Positions 1-10,451 of a DNA stretch of 31,283 nucleotides are shown here, piece by piece. The notes beneath the pieces were generated by a model. That model did not search any database. It was not told the DNA's origin and worked only from the letters and a program-made list of their open reading frames with translations. How positions within the stretch are numbered: position 1 is the first letter of the stretch; each line of letters opens with the position of its first letter. The position numbers and the translations under genes were made by a program. The stretch comes from Fibrobacteria bacterium (GTDB lineage: Bacteria; Fibrobacterota; Fibrobacteria; UBA11236): contig JBJHDK010000024.1 in NCBI GenBank assembly GCA_050486505.1, forward strand, positions 1-31,283. The letters run 5' to 3'.

Positions 1-123
1 CAACGTGACCAGCCCGTCCCGGTACATGGCCAGGAGATGCTGGTCGAAGGTCTGCATCCCGTAGTACTGACCCTCGGCGATCGCGTCCGGCAACTCGGTG
101 ACCTTCTCCGGGTCGGCGACGAA
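1..123 (-). other. PilT/PilU-family ATPase C-terminal-like segment joined in frame to coxA (probable chimeric join)
   Basis: Translates [41 protein letters not shown]. It is hydrophilic and carries the GMQTxDQxLxxxxxxGLxT pattern of PilT-type ATPases where CoxA helix XI is expected. Confidence 0.75.
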
Positions 124-1371
124 GTTGTACATGCGGGCCGTCATCTTTGGCCACCAGTAATAGATGCCGCCGATGAAGGCGATCATGGTGCTGCCCATGG
201 CCACATAGTGGAAGTGGGAGATCACGAAATAGGTGTCGTGGAGGTGGATGTCAACCGACAGGATGCCGAGGATGATGCCGGTCAGGCCGCCGATGGTGAA
301 GTTGAACAGGAACTGCAGTGCGTAGAGCATCGGCGTGGTCAGCTGGATCGAGCCTTGGTAAAGCGTTGTCGTCCAGTTGAAGACCTTGATGGCTGACGGC
401 ACGGCGGTGAAGAAAGTGAGGAAGGAGAAAATGGTCACGGCGACATCCGACATGCCCGAGACGAACATGTGATGCCCCCAAACGAGGAAGCCGATGATGG
501 TGATGGCGACGGATGAAAACGCAATGAACTTGTACCCGAAAATGTCCTTACGGGAAAATGCCGTGATCAGCTCTGAGACGACGCCGAAGGCGGGAACCAC
601 GATGATGTACACGGCAGGGTGCGAGTAGAACCAGAAGAAGTGCTGCATAAGCAGCGGATCCCCGCCCAGTGCCGGGTCGAAGATTCCGATCAGGAAGAAA
701 TTCTCGATGAGGAGCAGGAGCAGGGTAATGCCGAGAACGGGGGTGGCGAACACCTGCATGATGCCCGTGGCGTAAAGAGACCACACGAAAAGAGGAAGGC
801 GGAACCAGGTCATTCCCGGGGCTCGCATCTTGTGGATGGTCACGATGAAGTTCACACCGGTGAGAATTGAGGAAAAACCGAGGATGAATGCCGCCGTCAG
901 CATCCACAATACCGCGGGGTTCTGGGAGAGGGAGTAGGGGGCGTAGAAAGTCCACCCTGAATCCGCCTGGCCCGTCGTGAGGGAGTACAGTGCCACGGCG
1001 GCACCAATCCAGTAGAGATACAGGCTGGTCAGGTTGAGTTTGGGGAATGCAAGGTCTTTCGCCCCAAGCTGGATCGGCAGGATGAAGTTTCCCAGTGCTC
1101 CCGGGATTCCTGGTACGACCACAAGAAATACCATGATGACGCCATGCATGGTAAAGAAGTGGTTGTAGGTATCCGGGGTCATGAAGATCTCAAGCGGACT
1201 CCACAGCTCCAGCCTGAACAGGAAGGCATAAGTGCCCCCGGCAATGAAGAAGAAGAGAATCGAGGCCAGATACATCAGCCCGATGCGCTTGTGGTCGACG
1301 GTCACGAGCCAGGAAAGGATCCCGCGCTTGACCTGGAGGTAATTGATGTTTTCGTGCGAGTGCGCGTTCAT
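1..1371 (-). CDS. coxA: Heme-copper oxidase subunit I, type A2 (partial, no stop in window; last 41 codons are not oxidase-like)
   Basis: Not in the ORF track; translated by hand from ATG at 1371: [12 protein letters not shown]...[50 protein letters not shown] (YS motif of A2 type), [36 protein letters not shown]. Confidence 0.96.
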   Translation of the reverse strand, partial: MNAHSHENINYLQVKRGILSWLVTVDHKRIGLMYLASILFFFIAGGTYAFLFRLELWSPLEIFMTPDTYNHFFTMHGVIMVFLVVVPGIPGALGNFILPIQLGAKDLAFPKLNLTSLYLYWIGAAVALYSLTTGQADSGWTFYAPYSLSQNPAVLWMLTAAFILGFSSILTGVNFIVTIHKMRAPGMTWFRLPLFVWSLYATGIMQVFATPVLGITLLLLLIENFFLIGIFDPALGGDPLLMQHFFWFYSHPAVYIIVVPAFGVVSELITAFSRKDIFGYKFIAFSSVAITIIGFLVWGHHMFVSGMSDVAVTIFSFLTFFTAVPSAIKVFNWTTTLYQGSIQLTTPMLYALQFLFNFTIGGLTGIILGILSVDIHLHDTYFVISHFHYVAMGSTMIAFIGGIYYWWPKMTARMYNFVADPEKVTELPDAIAEGQYYGMQTFDQHLLAMYRDGLVTL

Positions 1372-1395
1372 GTTCGGTCCGTTCCGCTGTCGGCG

Positions 1396-2343
1396 TTATT
1401 CCAGGGTCTGGATGTAGGCAATGAGTGCTTCGATTTCGTTATCGCTGACGATGCCGCGGTAGGAGGGCATCACGGGAGGGTATCCGGCAGTGATTTCGGA
1501 AGCAGGGTCGAGAATCGACCGGCGGATGTATTCCGCATCGGCGACGACCGTCCTCCCGTCCGCCAAGGAGACGTTGGACTCCCAGAGCCCCTTCCAGGAC
1601 GGTCCAACACCGCGGGTACCGTCGATGCTGTGGCAGGCATTGCAACCGCGTTGCGTATAAACACGCGCACCGAATTCAGCCGGCGTCATTCCGCCTCCGG
1701 CAGCCGCTTCGGCGGTTTCCACCAGCCAGTCCTCGTATTCATCCCGCTCAACAACCTTGACAGCGGTGAGCATGTACGAGTGACTTGTTCCGCAGTACTG
1801 GGTGCACAGGGCGGGGAAGACGCCTGTCTTCGTCGCCTCGAACCACATGGTGTGATAGCGGCCCGGGACGACGTCGGCCTTGGCGCGGAACGCTGGCACG
1901 AAGAATCCGTGGATCACATCGGTGCTGGTCATGCGCAATTTGACGGGCTGACGAACGGGGACGACCAACGTGTCAGTGCTGAATCCCTGTGGGTAGTTGA
2001 AGGTCCAGCTCCATTTCATGCCGACGACGTCGACTTGCATCGCGTTCGCGGGAGCGACGCGCATGTGCCAATACCCGCGCATGCCGATGAAGAACAAAGC
2101 CATCACGATGATCAGGGGGATGACCGTCCAACTGACTTCCAGCCAGGTGTTGTGGATCATCTGACCCGAAGCAAGCTGGTCGGGGCGGCGTCGCGCATAC
2201 TTGAGGACGAAGTATCCGATGAGGAAAACAATCAGAAAGAAAAAGAACAGCGAAATCCAGTAATAGAGGTTGAAAGCCCAGTCCACTTTTGCAGCGAACG
2301 TGGAAGCTTGCTCAGGCAGCCAGAATGTCTTTGTGGTTTCCAT
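1396..2343 (-). CDS. coxB: Cytochrome c oxidase subunit II with C-terminal cytochrome c domain (caa3-like)
   Basis: Two TM helices, LEVSWTVIP, CuA ligands DVIH...CTQYCGTSHSYM, heme motif CNACH, distal Met in YPPVMP. Confidence 0.96.
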   Translation of the reverse strand: METTKTFWLPEQASTFAAKVDWAFNLYYWISLFFFFLIVFLIGYFVLKYARRRPDQLASGQMIHNTWLEVSWTVIPLIIVMALFFIGMRGYWHMRVAPANAMQVDVVGMKWSWTFNYPQGFSTDTLVVPVRQPVKLRMTSTDVIHGFFVPAFRAKADVVPGRYHTMWFEATKTGVFPALCTQYCGTSHSYMLTAVKVVERDEYEDWLVETAEAAAGGGMTPAEFGARVYTQRGCNACHSIDGTRGVGPSWKGLWESNVSLADGRTVVADAEYIRRSILDPASEITAGYPPVMPSYRGIVSDNEIEALIAYIQTLE

Positions 2344-2376
2344 AGGGTATGATCCGTCCCTGACCCGCGCGTTGGG

Positions 2377-3210
2377 TCAGGCTTCCTTTGCCTTGGGGGT
2401 TGCGGCAGATCTCTTGTTTCGCGTCTCCCGGATCCACAGGGGGACGAGCAATAGTAACAACAGGGCGAGCACGATGAGCCCGCCTGTTCGCATGAAGTTG
2501 CGTGCAAACAGGACGTAGCCCTGGGCATCTTCATCGTATTGGTAGCAGAGCATCATGATGCGTTCCCCGAGGGACAGGCTGCGACCTTCGGAGGCATCAA
2601 GCAGCGCAAGGCGAATGTCGCGCGGGGAGAATTCGATACCGTAAAGATAGCGGGCGACTGTTCCGTCCGGACTGAGGAAGATGAGGCCGGCACCGTGCGC
2701 GAAGTCATTCTGGGCGGGGACGAAGTTGTAATGGTAACCGACGGAACGTGCGAGAGCCCGCACGGCCTTGTATTCGCCGGTAAGGAAATGCCATCCGGAG
2801 CCGGCCTCGGGCTTTCCCAGGTCGGGAAGAATGCGTTCCTTGACCGGAAGGGCGTCGGCAGGCCCCTCACGCCAGTCCATGCTCACAGTGAGGATTTCGT
2901 ACTCCGTTCCGGGAGACCATTCCAAGGGTCTGAGGGCGCGAACCATTCCGTCCTGCACAAGTCCGCAAAGCATGGGGCAGTGGAAGTAGGAGAAGTTCAG
3001 GAGAACGGGCTTGCCGCGTGAGAAATAATCGCCGAGTCGAACCTGCTCACCATGCTCGTTTAGAAACGGAAGGCTCATGTCGACCTTCTCGCCGAGGCGT
3101 TCTTCAATGCCCGCGCCGATGGCCGCCTGATGCATGCCGCCGGCCGTGTCGGGGCGCGACAAATCAGGCATGACGGCAATTGCAGAAGCGAGAAGCAGGG
3201 TGTGAAGCAA
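2377..3210 (-). CDS. SCO1/SenC-family copper chaperone
   Basis: CPMLC (CxxxC), distal His in FAHGAG, N-terminal hydrophobic stretch, C-terminal TM, directly upstream of coxB. TTG start is uncertain. Confidence 0.9.
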   Translation of the reverse strand: MLHTLLLASAIAVMPDLSRPDTAGGMHQAAIGAGIEERLGEKVDMSLPFLNEHGEQVRLGDYFSRGKPVLLNFSYFHCPMLCGLVQDGMVRALRPLEWSPGTEYEILTVSMDWREGPADALPVKERILPDLGKPEAGSGWHFLTGEYKAVRALARSVGYHYNFVPAQNDFAHGAGLIFLSPDGTVARYLYGIEFSPRDIRLALLDASEGRSLSLGERIMMLCYQYDEDAQGYVLFARNFMRTGGLIVLALLLLLLVPLWIRETRNKRSAATPKAKEA

Positions 3211-3233
3211 GGTCTTGTTGTTCCCGTGGGTTA

Positions 3234-3560
3234 TTAACGGTTGGAGTCGCCGTCGGTCCAGGCAAGGATTTCCATGGCGCGGCGGATGGGGATGCGCGCC
3301 TTGCCGTCAACACCGTCGCCATACGAGCCCAGAAGGGCATCGTCTTTTGTGCGCAATGCCTCGACGGCCTCAAGCCCCTGCTCGAGCCCGGTGACCTCCT
3401 TGCGCAGCATTTCGTTGCTGGCTGCGGAGGTGGACCATAAGACGGCCACGAAGAGAAAGGCGACCAGGATCGCCAAGCTGAAGGGAATCACCCAGACGGC
3501 ACTCGTAAAATCCAAATCCTGCATTTCATGGCCGATGCCATGAGTGTCATGTCCGCTCAT
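3234..3560 (-). CDS. Small single-TM protein, ActG-like accessory subunit of ACIII
   Basis: 108 aa, one TM, C-terminal RIPIRRAMEILA. Start overlaps the actF stop (ATGA). Position between actF and SCO. Confidence 0.7.
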   Translation of the reverse strand: MSGHDTHGIGHEMQDLDFTSAVWVIPFSLAILVAFLFVAVLWSTSAASNEMLRKEVTGLEQGLEAVEALRTKDDALLGSYGDGVDGKARIPIRRAMEILAWTDGDSNR

Positions 3561-4759
3561 TTCGGAACCCCGTTATCGTAGGACAGGCTTTGCTTCAAGC
3601 GGGGATCCCCCACAGGAATCAGGCTTGCCTGCCGCAGGTTGTGCATGAAATAGAACATGAAGAAGCCGCCGACGGTCAGGATGGCTCCGATGTCGGAGAG
3701 TCCGAAGCTCGGACCTGAGCGGTGGAAGTATGGCTGCACCAGCCAGTAAATGTCGATGTAGCACATGACGAGCAACCACACCGCCCCCGCACCCAGAAGA
3801 AGCGGGCGACGCTTCACATTGTGGGACATCAGGAAGAGGAAAGGAACCGCGAAGTGAAACCAGGGAAGCATGAGGCTGATCGTTTTCCAAGCCCCTTCGG
3901 AGCGGATCATGAAGAAGTAGGTGCCCTCGGGAATGTTGGCGTACCAGATCAGCATGAACTGGCTGAAGGCAATGTAGGCCCAGAAAACATTGTGACCGAA
4001 CAGCAGTTTGCCCATGTCATGATAGTGCTCGACGTTGACGGAGTTCTGGAGGTGCCCGGTTTTGCGCAGCCAGGATACAAGCAGAATCAGCGTGCAATAG
4101 AAAGCGACGACTGCGCCGGCGAAGTAGTAGACTCCGAACATGGTGGAGTACCAGTGCGAGTCGATCGACATCATCCAGTCAAAGGCGAAGAAGGTCAGGG
4201 TCAGGGCGAAGAGGATCAGGCCGGGGGCTGACATGCGGCCCATGGTCCTCGACAGCTTCGGATCGCGGGTCTCGTCCTGGCGGCGAGAGACGCGCAGGAA
4301 CCACCATCCCAGGAAGGCCCAGATCACCGCATAGATTGCGGCGCGAACATAGAAGAAGGGGAGATTGAGACACGCCGCCTTGTCCTGGACAAGGAGGTCG
4401 GTGGCGCGAACCTCTTCACGGCTCCAGCTGTACAGCTCGTGAACACCGAGCATCAGGGGGATGAAAAGCAGAACCATCAATAGCAGGTTGTTGCCGAGGG
4501 TCTCCGCGACACGGCGGACAGTGACACTCCAGCTGGCCCGCGCGAGGTGCTGAACCATCACGAAGAAGCTGGCTCCCAGAGCAATGGCCAGGAAGAAGCT
4601 GAACGCAGTGAGGTAAGAGACAAAAAAAGTCTGGCGGTTCTGCTGGAATGCGACGGCGCACAGCAATACGCCGACCACACCGGCGCCGAGGAACCAGTTG
4701 GTGGTCTTGGCCAGTTTTTCGCCAAGCTGGAGGGTATCCTTTGTTTCGACCATGTCCAT
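3557..4759 (-). CDS. actF: Alternative complex III subunit ActF (polytopic membrane protein)
   Basis: About 10 TMs; AFDWMMS..HWYSTMFG, HYHDMGKLLF, FSQFMLIWYANIPE, PVGDPRL; SD GAGG upstream. Confidence 0.93.
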   Translation of the reverse strand: MDMVETKDTLQLGEKLAKTTNWFLGAGVVGVLLCAVAFQQNRQTFFVSYLTAFSFFLAIALGASFFVMVQHLARASWSVTVRRVAETLGNNLLLMVLLFIPLMLGVHELYSWSREEVRATDLLVQDKAACLNLPFFYVRAAIYAVIWAFLGWWFLRVSRRQDETRDPKLSRTMGRMSAPGLILFALTLTFFAFDWMMSIDSHWYSTMFGVYYFAGAVVAFYCTLILLVSWLRKTGHLQNSVNVEHYHDMGKLLFGHNVFWAYIAFSQFMLIWYANIPEGTYFFMIRSEGAWKTISLMLPWFHFAVPFLFLMSHNVKRRPLLLGAGAVWLLVMCYIDIYWLVQPYFHRSGPSFGLSDIGAILTVGGFFMFYFMHNLRQASLIPVGDPRLKQSLSYDNGVPK

Positions 4760-4765
4760 GCTACC

Positions 4766-5362
4766 TCAGTTGGCTTTTTCGCCTTCGGGGACGTCGCTTG
4801 TTGATGCGCGCTGGCTCAATTGCAGCGCTCTGACATAGGCCGTGATGGCCCAGCGGTCGGATTCGGGAATCTGGGTGGCGTAACCCGGCATGTTGCGCAG
4901 GCCCCGGGAAATCACCTGAAAGATCTGCCCGTCGGCGAGCCCAACGATGCGCGCGTCGTGAAGGCTCGGCGGAGGAATGAAACCGCGTTTGATCACGATC
5001 CCGTTTCCGATGCCCGTGGCGGCATGGCAGGGAGTGCAGTAGATGTCGTAGCGTGCCTGGCCGCGTTCGAGAAGCTCCAGGGTTACGGGCATCGGATTCA
5101 CGCGGACGGGATTCAAGGTATCGCCGCCACGGTAGAAGGCATCGTCTTCCTTCAGCAGGCCGCGTGCCACGGTTCCTTCGGGTGGGGTACGCATGTTGCG
5201 CCCGTCCTCGAAGAAAGTGTTTCCTTCATAGGCATTGTAACGCGGCTGGAACTCCATGCCGTGCATGATCCACATGGGAGGCTGGCGGGAAATCTGGCCA
5301 CGGCATCCCGAGAACAGGAGAACTCCCGTCAGCGCGATGGCCAGCAATGCTGTGGGCTTCAA
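4766..5362 (-). CDS. actE: Alternative complex III subunit ActE, monoheme cytochrome c lipoprotein
   Basis: Start re-called to TTG 5362 (GGAGGA 5 nt upstream, just after the actD stop). Lipobox FSGC, MRTPPEGTVARG, heme motif CTPCH, MPGYA. Confidence 0.92.
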   Translation of the reverse strand: MKPTALLAIALTGVLLFSGCRGQISRQPPMWIMHGMEFQPRYNAYEGNTFFEDGRNMRTPPEGTVARGLLKEDDAFYRGGDTLNPVRVNPMPVTLELLERGQARYDIYCTPCHAATGIGNGIVIKRGFIPPPSLHDARIVGLADGQIFQVISRGLRNMPGYATQIPESDRWAITAYVRALQLSQRASTSDVPEGEKAN

Positions 5363-5363
5363 G

Positions 5364-5918
5364 TCAGTCCTCCAGGATTTCGATGTTGGTGCCGCCGATG
5401 GATTCGAGCAAGGACTTCGCGGACTCCGCGTCAAACTTGGGATCGTGCGCCTCAATGCTGATGAAGAACCCGTCGTCGGTTGCCTTCTTGAAGTTTTCGC
5501 TCTTGAAGAGGGCATGGTAGAAGCGGGGTAGGCCGTTCAGCGCGAGCATACCCAGAATGCAACCGAAGGCGGCGAAAAGGATGCCGGGTTCGAATGTGAC
5601 CGGAAGATAGGCCGGGTAGGCCACCATGGGTTTGCCGCCGATCAGCAGGGGGTAGGCGTACTTATGGATCCAATACTGCAGTCCAAAGCCGCCGAAAGCG
5701 CCAGCCACCGCGCAGAAGAAGGCGATCCAGCCGAGCTTGGAGTCACCCAGGCCCATGGCACGCTCAATTCCGTGGATGGGGAACGGAGAATGCACGTCCC
5801 ACTTCTGGTAGCCGGCGTCACGAACCTTTTCCGCGGCGTGATAGACGTCGGCAGGATTACGGAATTCGGCAAGGATCCCGAAGAGGCGGGGAGGCTTGCT
5901 CGTGCTGGGATTCGACAT
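5364..5918 (-). CDS. actD: Alternative complex III subunit ActD (DUF3341-like)
   Basis: GILAEF, DVHSPFPIHGIERAMG, YPLLIGGKP, PVTFE, two TMs. Start at 5918 (GAGGAG 10 nt upstream) or 5927. Confidence 0.92.
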   Translation of the reverse strand: MSNPSTSKPPRLFGILAEFRNPADVYHAAEKVRDAGYQKWDVHSPFPIHGIERAMGLGDSKLGWIAFFCAVAGAFGGFGLQYWIHKYAYPLLIGGKPMVAYPAYLPVTFEPGILFAAFGCILGMLALNGLPRFYHALFKSENFKKATDDGFFISIEAHDPKFDAESAKSLLESIGGTNIEILED

Positions 5919-5937
5919 GGTGGTCATGCTCCTCATC

Positions 5938-7323
5938 CTAGTGGCGATCGCCGTCATGGGCATGGTGGTGCGGGTTGGCTTCAGGCATGACAGCCTTGAC
6001 CTCCGACATGGCCAGCTGCGGCAGGAACTTCAGGAAAAGCAGGAAGAATGTGAAGAACAGTCCGAAGGTTCCGACGAAGGTGAAAACCTCGACCCACGAG
6101 GGACGGTAGTAGCCCCAAGAGCTGGGCAGGAAGTCGGCATGCAGGGTCACCACGATCACGAAGCGCTCGAACCACATGCCGATGTTGATGAAAATCGTCA
6201 AGATGAACGTGATGAGCAGGTTGCGACGGATCTTGCGGAACCAGAAAAGCTGGGGTGAAATCACGTTGCATGCGATCATGATCCAGTAGGCCCATGCGAA
6301 TTCGCCGAGGGCGCGGTTCCAGAAGGCGTACCGTTCGTAGATCCAGCCGCTATACCAAGCGATGAAGATTTCCATGAAATAGGCGTAGCCCACCAAGGTC
6401 CCCGTCAGGAGCATGAACTTGTTCATGTTCTCGATGTGGTGCAGGCGAACGACCTTCTTGAACCCGAACAGCTCGCGCACGATGATGAGCAGGGTGGCGA
6501 CCATCGCGAATCCGGAGAACACTGCGCCCGCGACGAAGTAGGGCGGGAAGATGGTGGTGTGCCATCCCGGGATCTTCGAGACCGCGAAGTCGAAGGACAC
6601 GATCGAGTGCACCGAAAGCACCAGCGGCGTGGAGATGGCGGCGAGAATGAGATACGCGCGCTCATAGTTCTGCCAGTGGCGTGCAGCACCGCGCCATCCG
6701 AGCGAGAAGACACCAAGCACGAACTTGCGAACCTTGGTCTTGGCACGGTCGCGCAGGGTCGCGAGGTCGGGAATCAGGCCCATGTACCAGAACAGCAGCG
6801 AGACCGTGAAATACGTGCTGATGGCGAAGACGTCCCAGAACAGCGGGCTGCGTGTGTTCGGCCACATTTCCATCTGGTTGGGGAGGGGGAAGATGTAGTA
6901 CACCACCCAGACCCGGCCGACATGGAAGGCAGGGAACACCCCCGCGCACATGACGGCGAAAATGGTCATGGCTTCGGAGAAGCGGTTGATTGCGGTGCGC
7001 CACTTCTGCCGGAAAAGGAACAGGATGGCCGAAATCAACGTGCCCGCGTGTCCGATGCCGATCCACCACACGAAGTTCACAATATCCCATCCCCAAGCGA
7101 CGGGCACGTTCGTTCCCCAGATGCCGACACCCTCCCAGAAGAGGTAGCCGAAGAGGCCGAACATCAGCAGCATCAGTGAGCCGCTCATCATGAGCAAAAG
7201 CACCCATGTCGATGTCAGCTTGGTTTCCGTAGGGGCGGAAATGATCTCCGTGACTTCATGGAAGTCGCGGGTTTCAACGAGCACGGGTCTTTGGGTCGGA
7301 TCGTCGTCGCGATGCAGCATCAT
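5938..7323 (-). CDS. actC: Alternative complex III subunit ActC (NrfD/PsrC family, quinol-binding)
   Basis: [78 protein letters not shown]. Confidence 0.96.
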   Translation of the reverse strand: MMLHRDDDPTQRPVLVETRDFHEVTEIISAPTETKLTSTWVLLLMMSGSLMLLMFGLFGYLFWEGVGIWGTNVPVAWGWDIVNFVWWIGIGHAGTLISAILFLFRQKWRTAINRFSEAMTIFAVMCAGVFPAFHVGRVWVVYYIFPLPNQMEMWPNTRSPLFWDVFAISTYFTVSLLFWYMGLIPDLATLRDRAKTKVRKFVLGVFSLGWRGAARHWQNYERAYLILAAISTPLVLSVHSIVSFDFAVSKIPGWHTTIFPPYFVAGAVFSGFAMVATLLIIVRELFGFKKVVRLHHIENMNKFMLLTGTLVGYAYFMEIFIAWYSGWIYERYAFWNRALGEFAWAYWIMIACNVISPQLFWFRKIRRNLLITFILTIFINIGMWFERFVIVVTLHADFLPSSWGYYRPSWVEVFTFVGTFGLFFTFFLLFLKFLPQLAMSEVKAVMPEANPHHHAHDGDRH

Positions 7324-7355
7324 GATAGGTCCGTTCTTCCTTGCGCCGTCGTCGC

Positions 7356-10300
7356 TTACGCCCCGGCCCGTTCAAGGGCGGGGTTGGGGTTGCGCACGCG
7401 CGCCAGGTAGCTCGTGCGGGGCTTGAGGTTGAGGTCGCCCAACAGGCCGTAATCACGGCTGTTGGCCTTGAGTTTCGAAACGCGGCTTCCCGGATCATTG
7501 ATGTTTCCGAAGACAATGGCCTGCGTCGGGCAGGTCTGGCCGCACGCCGGAGTGATGGCGCCATCAGGGATGATTTCACTCCCGGCATTCTTCGAGGTGA
7601 TGCGTGCGCGCTCGATGCGCTGAACGCAGTAGGTGCACTTCTCCATGACGCCACGGAACCGAACGGTGACATCCGGGTTCATTTTCATCTTCTCCGTCTC
7701 GGAGAGGGCGTTCGTATAGTTGAAGAAGTTGAAGCGACGCACCTTGAATGGGCAGTTGTTCGAACAATACCGCGTGCCGATACAGCGGTTGTACACCATG
7801 TCGTTCAGGCCTTCGTGCGAGTGCACGGTGGCGGCGACGGGGCAGACCTCTTCGCACGGGGCGTTCTCGCAGTGCTGGCAGGTCATCGGCTGGAACTCCA
7901 GCTGGGGATCTTCGACGTCGCCCGTGAAGTAGCGATCAAGGCGCAGCCAGTGCATTTCCCGGCCGCGGAGAACCTGTTCCTTGCCGACGGTCGGAATGTT
8001 GTTTTCGGCCTGACAGGCGATGAGACAGGCATTGCAGCCCGTGCAGCTGTTCAGGTCGATGGCCATGCCCCACTGCATGCCTTTGGAGAAGTCGTAGGTT
8101 CCGCGGACGCTTTCGTCCCAGAGGCTGCGCTCGGGGGGATGCGGGTTCCAGCGTTTCTCGGAGGCGAAGTCCTTGGGGTCGCCGAGGTAATCTTCCAAGT
8201 CTCCCGTGCGGATGATCGGACGACCCATCAGGGACCAGTGATCCTGGGTGCAAGCGATGGGGTAGACGCGGTTGATGCGTTCGATGGAAACGTCGGAGGC
8301 GATGTGAGGGGTCGCTCCCTCCATCAATGAGTATGCGTTGAAGCCGGCTTCCTCGCCGACCTTGCCGACGTGAATGCGACCGTACCCGAGGTGGAGCAGC
8401 AGGGTCTCGTCCGCCATTCCGGGGAGCACCCAGGCTGCGGCTTCGAGCGAGCGGCCGTTGACGGTGATGCGCACCATCGGACGCTTGCGGTAATCGGAGA
8501 GCGTCGTTCCGGTACTTTCCTTGTTCAGGAGCCTGTTGAGGCCGAGTTCATCGGCCATCTTCGGCCCCATCAGCACCGCGTTGTCCCAAGTCAGCTTGGT
8601 GATCGGGTCGGGAAGTTCCTGCAGCCATGCATTATTGGCGTATCGACCGTCGAAAATCCGGGCGTCTTCGCGGAACAGGAGCTCGAGTCCGCGTGACGGG
8701 GCAGGCAGTGCGCGCACCAAGGCCGCAACGCCATTTCCGTTACCCGTGACCGATGCGGGACGCCCGGCCTCGACGAGACCGTCGTGCAGCCATCTGCGCC
8801 AGCGGGTCTCGAAGTCGGTGCCTGGGGCACGGCGCGACCAGTAGTCCTTGACGATGTCGTGGTCCTTGTCGTGGCGGTACCCCGAGAGGCGCGCCAGGAA
8901 CTCGATGGAATCAAGCGTTTCGTACAGCGGTGCGATCAGAGGCTGGGCGATGGCAGTGGTCCCGTCGTGCGACAGGGTGTCCCCCCAGCTCTCCAGATAA
9001 TGGCTCAAGGGCAGGTGCCAATCCGAAACGGCGGCAGTCTCGTTCGCTTCGAGTCCGAGATGAACGGAGAACGAGGCGCGTGCGATCTTCGACGCGAATT
9101 CCAGGTCGATCGGGGATGCGTATGCGGGGTTGGCGTCGAGGACGACGAGCGCGTTGACGCGGCCTGCTTCGAGATCGTCGGCGAGGGCCCGCAAGGATGC
9201 GAGCGAGTTCTCGGGGGCTCCGTTCGGGTTCGTCGCGTTCAGGGCGTGGACGCTCGAAGGCACGAAGTCCACGGTCTTCCCGACGTTGCCGAGCGCGCGG
9301 TTCAGCGCGTGCGCGATCGCATGCACGGCGGCGGGCTGGTACTTGCCCACGGCAATCACGGACTTGCCGCGATGCGCCATGAGATCTGCCGCGAGTGCCT
9401 CGATCCAGGTGGCCGAGATGCCCTCCGCATTACGGGGGATCGCATTGAGGTCAACACCGAGGTCGGGGACGCCAAGGCCCTGTGCACGCAGTTCGCGGGC
9501 GAGGGAAAGGAGCGTTTGGGGGATCGCACCGGGCTTGACGCGCAGGCGGTGATCGGCGGCTCCGCCCGTGACGGTGTAGCCCGATTCAACGACGTAGAGA
9601 CGGCTCATGCCGTCCTTGCCGTTTTCCGGGCTATGCGCCTTCGCGAAACCACGGGCGTTGACGAGGTGCATGGGCTCCGCATCCAGGAAATCACAGTCTA
9701 CGGAGAGGACGCGTAGCGCTTTGTCGAAATGGTACAGTGGCTCGGCCGCACGACCCGTCAGGGCGTGCAGGCCGGTGAGCGCGTTGTCGCGCGAAACCGG
9801 CTCGTAGGTGTGCCACATGGCGTTCGGGAACACGCGCATGGCGTGGTCGCGCACGGCACGGAAGGAGGGGGATGCGGTGTAACCGGAAAGGAAGCGCAGC
9901 CCTTCGCCGCCGTTTTCCTTGAGGCGCGCGAAGACCGGGTTCGCTTCGTCCCAGAATGCGTCCCACGTGGAGGCCTCGCCGGCTTTCAGGGGTCTTTGGC
10001 TACGCTCGGGGTTGTAAAGATCAAGGATGCTGGCCTGGTGTTGGCGCGAAGCCGCGCCCAGTCCGGCGGGGTGCTTGGGATTACCCTCGATTTTGGTGGG
10101 GCGTCCTTCATGGGCTTCTACAATCAGCCCGACGGCGTCGCCAGCGATGGCATGCGAAGTCGCATAAAACTGCGGAACCCCCGGAATGAGCCCCTCTGGT
10201 TGCTGGTTGTAGGGGAGGATGTATTTCTCGGGCCGACGCAACCCCTTGCATCCCGTGACGCCAGCGAAAGCCATCCCCGCACCCATGACCTGCAAAAAGC

Positions 10301-10451
10301 GGCGACGCGAGATGTCGGCACCCATGGTGTCCGCGCCTTCAGGGAACTCATGGGACGCGAAGTCCTTGAATTCAGGAGAATCGGCCAGTTCGTCGAGGCT
10401 TTTCCAGGTGGCCTTCCCGGTTTTTTTGGGGTCGATGTTCAGCGGTGACAT
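7356..10451 (-). CDS. actB: Alternative complex III subunit ActB (molybdopterin-oxidoreductase-like plus Fe-S domains)
   Basis: Tat motif SRRRFLQ followed by [17 protein letters not shown]; Fe-S motifs [37 protein letters not shown]...CGQTCP. Confidence 0.96.
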   Translation of the reverse strand: MSPLNIDPKKTGKATWKSLDELADSPEFKDFASHEFPEGADTMGADISRRRFLQVMGAGMAFAGVTGCKGLRRPEKYILPYNQQPEGLIPGVPQFYATSHAIAGDAVGLIVEAHEGRPTKIEGNPKHPAGLGAASRQHQASILDLYNPERSQRPLKAGEASTWDAFWDEANPVFARLKENGGEGLRFLSGYTASPSFRAVRDHAMRVFPNAMWHTYEPVSRDNALTGLHALTGRAAEPLYHFDKALRVLSVDCDFLDAEPMHLVNARGFAKAHSPENGKDGMSRLYVVESGYTVTGGAADHRLRVKPGAIPQTLLSLARELRAQGLGVPDLGVDLNAIPRNAEGISATWIEALAADLMAHRGKSVIAVGKYQPAAVHAIAHALNRALGNVGKTVDFVPSSVHALNATNPNGAPENSLASLRALADDLEAGRVNALVVLDANPAYASPIDLEFASKIARASFSVHLGLEANETAAVSDWHLPLSHYLESWGDTLSHDGTTAIAQPLIAPLYETLDSIEFLARLSGYRHDKDHDIVKDYWSRRAPGTDFETRWRRWLHDGLVEAGRPASVTGNGNGVAALVRALPAPSRGLELLFREDARIFDGRYANNAWLQELPDPITKLTWDNAVLMGPKMADELGLNRLLNKESTGTTLSDYRKRPMVRITVNGRSLEAAAWVLPGMADETLLLHLGYGRIHVGKVGEEAGFNAYSLMEGATPHIASDVSIERINRVYPIACTQDHWSLMGRPIIRTGDLEDYLGDPKDFASEKRWNPHPPERSLWDESVRGTYDFSKGMQWGMAIDLNSCTGCNACLIACQAENNIPTVGKEQVLRGREMHWLRLDRYFTGDVEDPQLEFQPMTCQHCENAPCEEVCPVAATVHSHEGLNDMVYNRCIGTRYCSNNCPFKVRRFNFFNYTNALSETEKMKMNPDVTVRFRGVMEKCTYCVQRIERARITSKNAGSEIIPDGAITPACGQTCPTQAIVFGNINDPGSRVSKLKANSRDYGLLGDLNLKPRTSYLARVRNPNPALERAGA

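Noticed and set aside
1144..2352. 402-aa plus-strand ORF opposite coxB, and similar long antisense ORFs (7341-8330, 8784-9716, 25444-26832, 29072-30574)
   Set aside because: Shadow ORFs expected from high GC3 codon usage; no motifs, and they overlap well-supported genes.
5363..5515. Extension of ActE suggesting an ActD-ActE fusion or overlap
   Set aside because: actD has its own stop at 5364-5366 and actE has an SD, TTG start and lipoprotein signal from 5362.
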